From: an uncultured archaeon
GTDB lineage: Archaea; Asgardarchaeota; Jordiarchaeia; Jordiarchaeales; Jordiarchaeaceae
Direction of reading: 5' to 3'
Assembly: GCA_964510585.1 (NCBI GenBank)
Contig: CAZECW010000212.1
Location: 1-32,000 of the forward strand
DNA: 32,000 nt
In this document: positions 9,173-17,575 of the stretch, piece by piece
Numbering within the stretch: the stretch's first letter is position 1
Layout of the letters: each line of letters opens with the position of its first letter
Made by a program: the position numbers and the translations under genes
Notes under the pieces: model-generated
Told to the model about the DNA's origin: nothing
Databases searched by the model: none
The model's input: only the letters and a program-made list of their open reading frames with translations

Positions 9173-9419
9173 CGCTGGCTACCTCATCGTGCTCTGAGAC
9201 AGAGTCAAACTCCTCTTCGGTGTCGTATTTTCCAATTATTTCTGTGAGCTTGGAGTTTTTCTTCAATGGCCTAATAAAAATTTCTTTACCAGTATCTATC
9301 CACACGATTTCGTCCCCAGGCCCCAAACCGTGCCTCTCCCTAGTTTCAGAGGGAACAGCGACCTGATACCCCTTCGAAATCCTCAACTTTTTAACCACCA
9401 CTGTCACAGGAATCACCAT
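9162..9419 (-). CDS. vapB: AbrB/MazE/SpoVT-family antitoxin (VapB)
   Basis: ISKGYQVAVPSETRERHGLGPGDEIVW swapped-hairpin motif, acidic C-terminus, directly upstream of vapC. Confidence 0.9.
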   Translation of the reverse strand: MVIPVTVVVKKLRISKGYQVAVPSETRERHGLGPGDEIVWIDTGKEIFIRPLKKNSKLTEIIGKYDTEEEFDSVSEHDEVASGEH

Positions 9420-9547
9420 GAATTACTAAGGAAATCATGGAATATATACTTTCTCATGATTTAAAATAAAAGAACAGAAAATATACATTCGTCCCGTTTT
9501 AGCAAAAAGTCTGAAGTAAACGGTCTAAAAAGGAATTGAAAAATTGA

Positions 9548-9700
9548 ATCAAAAGAAGAGTCGCAGAAATAAGTGGAGTATGTCCAATGGCCATGGTTGT
9601 AGCGTCAATCCTCCAAGAATTTACTGGTACCGAAGTGAATGTAGGTTGGTCCGAGTTAACGCCAAATGGAAGCAAAACAGAATTAAAACTACAGTTATAA
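9548..9700 (+). pseudogene. Possible C-terminal remnant of an archaeal protein (CP-motif, V4R-like appearance)
   Basis: Stop-to-stop frame not in the ORF track: IKRRVAEISGVCPMAMVVASILQEFTGTEVNVGWSELTPNGSKTELKLQL*. Protein-like pattern, but the family is a guess. Confidence 0.3.
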
Positions 9701-9822
9701 AATTAAATAAAACAAAATTAGTAACCAAAGTCTTTGGTCATGTTAAAGGGCATTGAACTGGTCAGGTATAAATCTTGGTTCTATCTATCCGAATTCAGTT
9801 AAGTATAGATAATTGAAAGCAA

Positions 9823-10641
9823 CTACTTTAATTCTCTAACATTTATTTTTTCCAGATCCGCTATACCCAAACCCTTTTCCTGCGCCAGTTTCAAGTGTTT
9901 TACAGAGAGTGGGGCAACCCCTAATATACTTGCGCCTACTGCGTCAGCCGCCACAGGGTCTAGGGAGAATATCATTGCATTGAATTTTTTGGTTTCCCCT
10001 CCCAGTTCCCCCCTTATGTTTCCCTCTATTCCATCTATTATGGCTAGGTCTGGAGCCTTGTAGAGGTTTATGTCTACTATGCTTTGGTGTATTCCTTTGC
10101 TATGGAATCTTCCCTTGCTTCCGCCTATTGTTGCCCCCAGCATGTTTTTGAGTGAGAGGGTGACGCCAGCCTCACCGTGCACTTTTAGTACTGCAGCCGA
10201 AACCAGGTAGCAATCCTTTAATGTTAGGGGAAACTCATATTCTTTTAGCACTGAGGCTTGGGGGTTTCTTAGTTTCTCATATTGGTCATTGTTTAGATCT
10301 ACCAGTTTTACTCCATACTTTTCGGCTACTTGCTTGTAACCCAGGTCTCGGTAAGCTTTGTTTGTGTCCGCCCATCCTGAGCCCTCTGCAATGATTATTT
10401 CTTTGCTGTGTTTTTTGAGGTTTTTGATAATGGCTTCTACGGTTTTTGGGGTGGTGGTTGTGGGGTAGGGCTTATTTGCGATGAGGTTGGGTTTTATTAC
10501 AATTTTTGTCTGGGGAATTTTGGGGTTCAATTCTCTGAGGCCAACTGTCACCATTCTTTCTGGATCATTGCCTCTCACAACTATTACTAAGGGTCTGGGT
10601 TTGTCCTGTTTGGGGGTTGTGTTTTGGGTCATTTTCATCAT
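9823..10641 (-). CDS. DUF362 domain protein (true start ATG 10641, not 10953)
   Basis: IVIKPNL, IIIAEGSG, VKLVDLN, AVLKVH...TLSLKNMLG, DLAIIDGI, DPVAADA, KHLKLAQEKGLG. ATG lies 2 nt after the upstream stop; the 104 extra codons in the track overlap the upstream gene. Confidence 0.85.
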   Translation of the reverse strand: MMKMTQNTTPKQDKPRPLVIVVRGNDPERMVTVGLRELNPKIPQTKIVIKPNLIANKPYPTTTTPKTVEAIIKNLKKHSKEIIIAEGSGWADTNKAYRDLGYKQVAEKYGVKLVDLNNDQYEKLRNPQASVLKEYEFPLTLKDCYLVSAAVLKVHGEAGVTLSLKNMLGATIGGSKGRFHSKGIHQSIVDINLYKAPDLAIIDGIEGNIRGELGGETKKFNAMIFSLDPVAADAVGASILGVAPLSVKHLKLAQEKGLGIADLEKINVRELK

Positions 10642-10643
10642 TT

Positions 10644-12086
10644 TTACTTTATTCCGGCTACTCTTTTGGCTCTTTCCTTGTATTCTTGGAGCTGCTTCTG
10701 GTATTCTCCATAGATTATCATTCTTTGGGCTTGAAGTGAGCCTTCGCCGTGGAGTGCCAGTACCTCTATGCCCCCTCCTATGTCGGAGGCCATCCATATC
10801 CTTATTAGTTGAAGCATTCTGAGCCTGTGTTCTGTTGGTATTCCCTTTTTGCCCCCCAAATATTTGTCTATGTAGCCTCTTAATTCTGGGTTTTGGTAGT
10901 CTAGGTAGGTTGGGGCTGTGACTAGGATTCCGCCGCACAGATCTTGTACCCACTTTACGAAGTTGTGGTAGTTTTCGGCGAAGTGGTATTTGGATATGTT
11001 GCTTATTACCGGGTTGGGCACCGCTATTCCGCCATATATTACGGGGTCGCTGCAGGAGGCTTTGGCTAGGGATTTCAGCATTTCCAAATAGATTATCATG
11101 TTGGTTATTTTTTCTCTGACGTGTGAAATTTGGTCGATTCCATTGTATTCAGCTATGGCTTGAGCCATTCCCAATTGTAGCTCGGTTAGGGCGATTCTGT
11201 AGCAGGATGCTGTGTGTCTGTGGAAAAACGAGAAATTGTAGGCGATGGTTCCCGCATACTGCCATTCGCCGCAGAGGAAAACTCTCTCCCAAGGTATGAA
11301 AACGTCGTCAAAAACTAGCAGAGACTCGGTATGCATCCTTATGGGTACATCTACTGGAAACTCAAGGGGACTTTGCTGGTACCTGAGGGGGTGACATATG
11401 TGTTTCAGCCCCTTAGCGTTTGCGGGAACAGCAAAGCACACAGCGTAGTCTCTGTCTCCCTCCCTCATAGCTCTGCAGGGCAGGACGAGAATCTCATCGG
11501 AGTACGCCGAGGCGGTTATATGCATTTTTGCCCCTCTTACTATTATTCCTTCATCGTTTTTGTCCACTACTCGAACATAGAAATCGGGATGCGTCTGTTC
11601 AGGAGAGGAGGGGTGCTGGCTTCTATCCCCCTTCACATCTGTCATTCCGCAAGCTATGCTTAAATCTTTTTTTCTAACGTGTTCATAGTATTCGGTGATT
11701 CTCTCAATGTATTCCTCCTTTCCCATTACTTGGGAGGTTACCCAAATGGCGTTTAGACAGTCTCCAGCAACATCTTTTGTGAAGGGTATTACTCCGTCGC
11801 CCAGCCGGGTTGCAGTAACTATTAGCTCATGTCTTTTTAGTAGGTCTTCAGCGGTTTTGGGAAGATAGTAGTGTCTGCTTATCGGCTCCCCTGTTTCTGG
11901 ATGTTGCGCCACAGCTAGGTCTCGGTACTTGGGGTTCTCAGCCATTTCATAATCTAAAGCCGCGGTTTCAACACCCACTTTAAGCATAGGATGGGTGGTT
12001 ACATCATTCACCTTTTCTCCAAGGATCCAGACTTGTCGGCCGTCCCTTAAACCTTCCTTATACTGCTTTACGGTCCTTAAACCCAT
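10644..12086 (-). CDS. 4-hydroxybutyryl-CoA dehydratase / 4-hydroxyphenylacetate 3-hydroxylase family flavoprotein (AbfD/HpaB fold, atypical active site)
   Basis: MTDVKGDRS, VRGAKMHIT, DYAVCFAVPANAKG, LVFDDVFIPWERVFLCGE, HGEGSLQAQR, C-terminal AKRVAGIK; SD GGAGGTGA at 12094-12101. Confidence 0.9.
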   Translation of the reverse strand: MGLRTVKQYKEGLRDGRQVWILGEKVNDVTTHPMLKVGVETAALDYEMAENPKYRDLAVAQHPETGEPISRHYYLPKTAEDLLKRHELIVTATRLGDGVIPFTKDVAGDCLNAIWVTSQVMGKEEYIERITEYYEHVRKKDLSIACGMTDVKGDRSQHPSSPEQTHPDFYVRVVDKNDEGIIVRGAKMHITASAYSDEILVLPCRAMREGDRDYAVCFAVPANAKGLKHICHPLRYQQSPLEFPVDVPIRMHTESLLVFDDVFIPWERVFLCGEWQYAGTIAYNFSFFHRHTASCYRIALTELQLGMAQAIAEYNGIDQISHVREKITNMIIYLEMLKSLAKASCSDPVIYGGIAVPNPVISNISKYHFAENYHNFVKWVQDLCGGILVTAPTYLDYQNPELRGYIDKYLGGKKGIPTEHRLRMLQLIRIWMASDIGGGIEVLALHGEGSLQAQRMIIYGEYQKQLQEYKERAKRVAGIK

Positions 12087-12142
12087 AAAAATATCACCTC
12101 CAAACTTGAAAATTGTTTTCGATATGGTAGTACTTTAATCTT

Positions 12143-12213
12143 TTCACAATTTATAGTGAACAATCTAAAGACATAATAGGATGGTGTTTTCGACAATTTT
12201 CACTTCATAGTGA
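12143..12213. promoter_or_regulatory. Paired inverted-repeat operator candidates in the divergent promoter; the first overlaps the TATA box of the AbfD-like gene
   Basis: TTCAC-aatttata-GTGAA at 12143-12160 (minus strand reads TATAAA inside it) and TCACT-tcat-AGTGA at 12200-12213. Confidence 0.5.
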
Positions 12214-12354
12214 GTCTTCACAATGCCTTTTTAATCCAGAATCCTAAAATGGAGGGGCCAAAACTTAACTTTCGTCGGCAGGGATAAGTATAGTAAAATT
12301 TAAGTGTTTCGAAAAATACTTAAGGGCAAGTCTATTTGAATGTGAGGTTTTAAA

Positions 12355-13980
12355 ATGAAGATTTATAAGGGAGGCCATTTATATTATCCCGAAATTCCCT
12401 TCTTTGGAATATTGGATGATACTGTGGGGCGTTTCCCTGACAGGTATGCTTTTCTGCACCCCAAAAAAATTACCTACAGAGAGTTCGGTGAATCTGTGGA
12501 CAGGATAGCAACTGCTCTGGCGGATATTGGAGTTAGGAAGGGTGACAGGGTGATAATTTATTCACCCAACTGCATCGAGTGGGAGATTGCCTGCTTTGGA
12601 ATATCTAAGGCGGGCGGTGTCTTCGTTCCAATGAATCCCATGTTCCGAGAGTCCGAAGTTGAATACGAAATCAAAGACGCTGAGGCAGAAACCATAATTA
12701 TCCACGAAGGCATGTATCCGACCATTAAGAATGTTAAGGAAAAAGCAGGGCTAAAAAACATAATAGTTATTGGGCAAAAACAGCCAGACACATATTCCTT
12801 CAGCGAACTTCTGGAAAAATACAAGCCTAACCCACCAAAATACAAATATAATCCCAAAGAGGATCTTGCCGCACTCCTATATACAAGTGGAACTACGGGT
12901 CTACCAAAGGGGTCAATGCTTACACACTACAATCTGGTCGCAAACACTATCCAGTGGTCTAGCCACACTGACTTTAACGAAACCGATGTTTTCATAATAC
13001 TCATTCCACTCTACCACATATTTGGACTCGCATTATCCATGAATCTCACAATTTGGAACGGCGGAGCACAAGTTGTAATGTCCAGCTTCAACCCTGCAGA
13101 GTGGTGTGAACTTGTGGAGAAATATAAAGTGACCTACAGCCTCTGTGTACCACCCCTACTCAACCTGATAGTGAGACATCTTGAGAACCCACAAGTCAAG
13201 GGCTACGATTGGTCTTCTTTCCATGTGATGGCTAATGGGGCAGCGCCTGTCCCCACTGAGCTCGCCAAAAAGTTTGAAAAATTAGCGAAGGAAAAGTGTA
13301 GGGGGACAGAGGATCTTCTGGTTGGTCAGGGATGGGGGCTCTCTGAGGCAGCTCCGGTGGCTGCAAATCCCTTCCACAGGAATAGGTTAGACACTCAGGG
13401 AATACTTATGCCGGACACCTACCACAAGATAATAGATGTCTTGACAGGTGAGGAGCTGCCTGAACCTGGCCAGATGGGAGAAATAGTAATTAGGGGGCCC
13501 CAAGTTTTTAAGGGGTACTGGAAGAGACCGGAAGCCACGGAGCAAGCCTTCTGGACTGATCCAAAAACTGGACTGAAATGGTTCCGGACAGGTGACGTCG
13601 CATTTATAGATGAGGAAGGTTACGAACACTTGGTTGATAGGATGAAGGAGATGATAAAATATAAGGGCTACGCTATTGCACCAGCCGAACTTGAAGACCT
13701 ACTCTTCAAGCACCCCAAAGTATTGGATTGCGCCGTGATACCAAAGCCGGCACCCGACCCAGCGCTTGGAGAAATTCCCAAAGCATTCATAGTGCCCAAA
13801 CCCGAATATAAAGGCAAAATAACTGAGCAAGAAATAATTGACTGGGTGGCTGAGAGAATAGCTCCCTATAAAAAGATTAGGGAGGTAGAGTTTGTAGAGG
13901 GTATACCGAGGGTTATTACCGGAAAGATTCTCAGAAGAGACCTGATAAAGAGAGAACGCGAGAAAATGGGACTAAAATAA
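12355..13980 (+). CDS. AMP-forming acyl-CoA synthetase (long-chain fatty acid / 4-coumarate-CoA ligase-like)
   Basis: LLYTSGTTGLPKG, QGWGLSE, WFRTGDVA, DRMKEMIKYKG, PAELEDLL, GKILRR. Confidence 0.95.
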   Translation: MKIYKGGHLYYPEIPFFGILDDTVGRFPDRYAFLHPKKITYREFGESVDRIATALADIGVRKGDRVIIYSPNCIEWEIACFGISKAGGVFVPMNPMFRESEVEYEIKDAEAETIIIHEGMYPTIKNVKEKAGLKNIIVIGQKQPDTYSFSELLEKYKPNPPKYKYNPKEDLAALLYTSGTTGLPKGSMLTHYNLVANTIQWSSHTDFNETDVFIILIPLYHIFGLALSMNLTIWNGGAQVVMSSFNPAEWCELVEKYKVTYSLCVPPLLNLIVRHLENPQVKGYDWSSFHVMANGAAPVPTELAKKFEKLAKEKCRGTEDLLVGQGWGLSEAAPVAANPFHRNRLDTQGILMPDTYHKIIDVLTGEELPEPGQMGEIVIRGPQVFKGYWKRPEATEQAFWTDPKTGLKWFRTGDVAFIDEEGYEHLVDRMKEMIKYKGYAIAPAELEDLLFKHPKVLDCAVIPKPAPDPALGEIPKAFIVPKPEYKGKITEQEIIDWVAERIAPYKKIREVEFVEGIPRVITGKILRRDLIKREREKMGLK

Positions 13981-14007
13981 GGAAAATGGTCACTTTTCCA
14001 TTTTTTT
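13981..14007 (+). terminator. Hairpin plus oligo-T terminator
   Basis: GGAAAA-tggtcac-TTTTCC followed by a T7 tract, immediately after the stop codon. Confidence 0.6.
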
Positions 14008-14209
14008 ATTCTTCACTATTATTTTTCGAAAGTTTAGGGCTGAGTCAGCTTCCAGTAGGGGATAGGCTTTGCTCCCAAAGATTTTCCTTTTTTTGAGTGA
14101 GTCGATGGTTTGAGAATTTACTCTGGAAGAGGTTAGGATTTTTTTGAAGACTAAATGGGTGTCAAACAATTTTTAAATGGGTAGTTGCCAAGAATAACTC
14201 TCTACCTAT

Positions 14210-15028
14210 CTATTTTAGGAAGCATGCCCCCATCCCCTGTGCCCCTTTTATGCAAATCCACTCTTTATTTCCATATTTCTCAGCTTCCAGCTTTTCAGCC
14301 ATTGCTATTTCTTCTTGCGTGTAGGTAGACTGTTTAAATTTAGTGTTTAATGACTGTGCATATCCCTTAATTATGTTATTTACGATTGTGTTTTCGACGT
14401 AGAGGTGGTCTATACATTTTTGGTTGAGTTCCTTTTTGACCGTAGTGTACCCACTTTCCACTTTCTCCAGTAGGGAGGGGTTTATTTTTTCTTCGGGAAT
14501 GTTGATTACTTTTAGCATTGTTAGAATATCGTAGTCTATGAGTATTGTTGAGTGGAACAAGAATGTTGAAGAAGCTGCGTGGATTCCGCTTCCCGCAATT
14601 TTTTTGCCATTAACAATGATATCAGTGGTTTTATAGCAATATGCAGCATTTATGTTTAGAGATTTTAGTCCGAGAAGTACGCCTTTATTTAATAGTTCGA
14701 ATTTTTGCGAAACTTTTGAGGGATACGTTCCATCGTCTGAGATGATGAGGGTGATTCCGATTTGTGAATACCACTTGGGACACCCCATTATTATTGCGCC
14801 TCCCCCAGTCATTCTTCTTGTGAGGCTCATATTATTCCTCTCTATGAATTCAAGGTTGACGTCGCTTATGTCTTGGCTGTGTCCAATAACAACTGATGGA
14901 CGGGAGAAAAAATAGAATCTTAGGACATTTGGGGATTTATGCTCCTCCACTCTCCTCAATAAAGTTTCATCCAAGGCCAGACCCTTGGGGGCAGGGTAAG
15001 CCTTATCCTTGATAACACGCCACTCCAT
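14210..15028 (-). CDS. Lipoate-protein ligase / octanoyltransferase catalytic domain (LplA/sLplA-like, no fused C-terminal accessory domain)
   Basis: LALDETLL, NVLRFY, SVVIGHSQ, RRMTGGGA, DIIVNGKKIAGSG, FLFHSTILIDYD. Confidence 0.92.
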   Translation of the reverse strand: MEWRVIKDKAYPAPKGLALDETLLRRVEEHKSPNVLRFYFFSRPSVVIGHSQDISDVNLEFIERNNMSLTRRMTGGGAIIMGCPKWYSQIGITLIISDDGTYPSKVSQKFELLNKGVLLGLKSLNINAAYCYKTTDIIVNGKKIAGSGIHAASSTFLFHSTILIDYDILTMLKVINIPEEKINPSLLEKVESGYTTVKKELNQKCIDHLYVENTIVNNIIKGYAQSLNTKFKQSTYTQEEIAMAEKLEAEKYGNKEWICIKGAQGMGACFLK

Positions 15029-15046
15029 AAGTAAATCACCCCTTTT

Positions 15047-16126
15047 TCATTTTTCTTGTGCTTTAATATCCTTGAAAATTAGCGAACAGCAGTGGTCATT
15101 AAACTCCAATCTGAAACCCTTTTTCTCGGCGTAATCTGCTCCTTCCTGACTAATGAAGGCTATACCGTTAACTCCGGATTTAATAGCCAAAATGTCAGTG
15201 GAAATCTTATGAGCGCCCTTAGGGCGGGCGCAGCCCAGGATTATTGGTGTTTTCGGCAGTTTTATCCGGCTATATGTGATGATATTAGCTATACTAGCTG
15301 GTTTCGGTGGCACGGTGTCCTGCATTGGTGTGTTTTCTAATGGCATAAGCGCAACTATCACTAGGGCTTTGGGTTTGTATTTCGAAATCATATCAACAGC
15401 GTTTAACTCGCCAACAATTTTTCCGTAGTTTAGCCCTACGACAATGTGTGGAACACTTGGAATATTATACATGTCGAGTAGTTCGAGTGAACGTTCGAAA
15501 TCTCTTGTAGTTTTTTGTAAATGATACACTTTTCGGATAGTTTCATTGTCACCAATAATGTCAAGCATTACTGCATCGACCCCCACCTCAGCAAGGCTTG
15601 AAGCTAAATCTTGATTAATTAAACCAGTGTGCATAACTATGGATAAATCATATTTTTCTTTGATTTTTTTAAGAGTGGGGATGAATTTCAATAGTGGAAC
15701 GGTGCCGTCTAATCTTGATCCACCGCTAATTAGAATTCCCTCGGTTCCTTTACTCACAAAATTATTGATTAGGGCTTCTAGGCGTTCAGGGGTTTCGGCT
15801 GGAAACATTGATTCTAAAATTTGTCCTCTACAATGATCACATTGAAGCTGGCATTTACTTCCAGTGATACTTATTGGGCAAAATCTGAAATTATCTGCAG
15901 GTTTGTGTTGGTCGATGGAATAAGTTTGTATGGACGGTGAATAGCACCAGATACTTTTCCCAAAATTTTTAATTTTTATATCTAAAGCTTTCTTTTGTTC
16001 CACAATATTTAGTGTGGTGCTCAATGTTTTCCTTCCCTGCCGGCTGATCCTGTTAAAGTTTGGCTTTTTATGGGAAATCTTCAGCCAGATTAATCGTGGG
16101 GGCAGCTGGTTTGTTTGAGTAATCAA
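15047..16126 (-). CDS. lipS1: Radical SAM lipoyl synthase subunit LipS1-like (true start probably near 16000-16030)
   Basis: CQLQCDHC (CxxxCxxC), GILISGGS, PHIVVGL, C-terminal GCAR and CC motifs, which I recall as the LipS1 signature; next to a lipoate ligase. Confidence 0.8.
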   Translation of the reverse strand: MITQTNQLPPRLIWLKISHKKPNFNRISRQGRKTLSTTLNIVEQKKALDIKIKNFGKSIWCYSPSIQTYSIDQHKPADNFRFCPISITGSKCQLQCDHCRGQILESMFPAETPERLEALINNFVSKGTEGILISGGSRLDGTVPLLKFIPTLKKIKEKYDLSIVMHTGLINQDLASSLAEVGVDAVMLDIIGDNETIRKVYHLQKTTRDFERSLELLDMYNIPSVPHIVVGLNYGKIVGELNAVDMISKYKPKALVIVALMPLENTPMQDTVPPKPASIANIITYSRIKLPKTPIILGCARPKGAHKISTDILAIKSGVNGIAFISQEGADYAEKKGFRLEFNDHCCSLIFKDIKAQEK

Positions 16127-17246
16127 AAATTTGTTTCTTTATTATGGATATATCTTCCTGGTTTGGTTTAAATGGGAAGTTTCTCAACTCACCCATATAT
16201 GCTTGAAATGGTGTACAGTCGGAGTAGGGTCTGTTGCAAGCCACATCCAAAGTTTTACCGGGGCATCCAGTCGTCATAAACGGTGTCCCCTTTGAAATGT
16301 GAAGATCCAATTGCTCCGCGTCCAAACCATAATCTACTATTTGACCCAATTCGTTGAACTCCAGCTTTTCAAAATGGGTTAAATTGTTGGAAATCAAATA
16401 GGACAGTAACTGGATACGGCGGTACTGACCAATACTTGGTTGGGGGTGATTCTCCATAAGAGAAAAGGGCTCCGGAAAGAATGAGAATAAGTGAACTCGC
16501 GCCCCCATATCTATTATTTTTTGAATGAGAAATGCCATTTCGGATTCGGACTCGCCGAGACCCACTATTATGTGAACCCCAACATTTCCTGTTCCAAACA
16601 CATCAAGAGACTCTTTTATAACATTCCAGTAATGAGACCACTTATGCGGCCCCTTTACGCCCTTACCCCTCAATCTGTCAAACAATTCCGGCGTTGCAGC
16701 ATCAACAGCAACACCAACTTTGTCGCAGCCATGCTCTTTCAACTTGTTCAGCCAATTTCCCTTTATAATTGTTGGACAGATTAACGTAGAAATAAGATGT
16801 TTGGTCCGCGTTCTAATTCTTTCAACAACTGTAAGTGTATCGGCGCATGCTCTTGGATTTGTAACCATTGAAACACAAACCCGCTCAACATGAGCGCAAG
16901 AGGAGGAGTTCAACGCAGAAACAATTTTGTCCAATGAGTAAATCGGCCAATCTACGCGAATAAATGATTTGTCCCTAAAGTGTTCACCAACCTTTCTGCC
17001 ACGGCTCAAACCACAATACGCACAATTACCTCTACAACCTTCCTCATAAGTTAAAAGTAGATTAATACAGTACAGTTTAGCCCCACGATAAAATAAACCA
17101 TTTTCGAAACCTAAAGTCATCGCAGCAGCCAAACTCACCTGCAAGTAATCAGGACTTTCCAACAATGCATCCTCCTCAACAAACAAATCTAAACAACCTC
17201 CAAAATTCCAAGTTCTCCTTCCAATCAACTGTATAATAGTAATCAA
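16068..17246 (-). CDS. lipS2: Radical SAM lipoyl synthase subunit LipS2-like (true start probably TTG 17165)
   Basis: CRGNCAYC, FIRVDWP, HIIVGLGE, TTGCP...CNRP resembling the TxGCPxC(N/D)RP LipS2 motif; GAGGAGG SD just upstream of TTG 17165. Confidence 0.8.
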   Translation of the reverse strand: MITIIQLIGRRTWNFGGCLDLFVEEDALLESPDYLQVSLAAAMTLGFENGLFYRGAKLYCINLLLTYEEGCRGNCAYCGLSRGRKVGEHFRDKSFIRVDWPIYSLDKIVSALNSSSCAHVERVCVSMVTNPRACADTLTVVERIRTRTKHLISTLICPTIIKGNWLNKLKEHGCDKVGVAVDAATPELFDRLRGKGVKGPHKWSHYWNVIKESLDVFGTGNVGVHIIVGLGESESEMAFLIQKIIDMGARVHLFSFFPEPFSLMENHPQPSIGQYRRIQLLSYLISNNLTHFEKLEFNELGQIVDYGLDAEQLDLHISKGTPFMTTGCPGKTLDVACNRPYSDCTPFQAYMGELRNFPFKPNQEDISIIKKQIFDYSNKPAAPTINLAEDFP

Positions 17247-17436
17247 AGAAAAACATAAATTTTAACTATTTCGCCCCCTTCCTGAAACGATTCCAGTGTT
17301 TCGCAGAAACATACAGGAAGGAGTCTCCTCTAAAGACAGGTAACGCAGAGTCCGCATCCTTTTAACACTCTTGGCGCTTGCCTGAGGCGTCCTACTCTCA
17401 CAGCAAAAATCAAAGAAAGATAAATACACGCAAGGA

Positions 17437-17444
17437 GTATATAA
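17437..17444 (-). promoter_or_regulatory. Consensus TATA box (TTTATATA on minus strand) upstream of the lipS2 leader
   Basis: Perfect archaeal TATA consensus; would place a start site near 17413. Confidence 0.45.
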
Positions 17445-17575
17445 ATCTGGCTAGTTTGGTGACTCCGGGTTTAACGTGCAGATTATATAACCAAAAAATG
17501 GGGGGGTAAAATCGATTAACTCTGCATCGCCGCTTAAGTCATAAAAAATGAAAAGGGAATATTGTGTTTTGATCC

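Noticed and set aside
9544-9756. 70-aa plus-strand ORF
   Set aside because: Low-complexity Lys/Asn-rich composition; a different frame (9548-9700) looks more protein-like.
10642-10953. 104-aa N-terminal extension of the 376-aa ORF 9823..10953
   Set aside because: It is an alternate frame overlapping the 3' end of the AbfD-like gene, has Arg/Pro-rich non-protein composition, and a good ATG lies at 10641.
17277-17321. SECIS element or known riboswitch
   Set aside because: No in-frame TGA selenoprotein candidate nearby, and no match to SECIS, TPP, FMN, SAM, cobalamin, Moco or fluoride consensus as I recall them.
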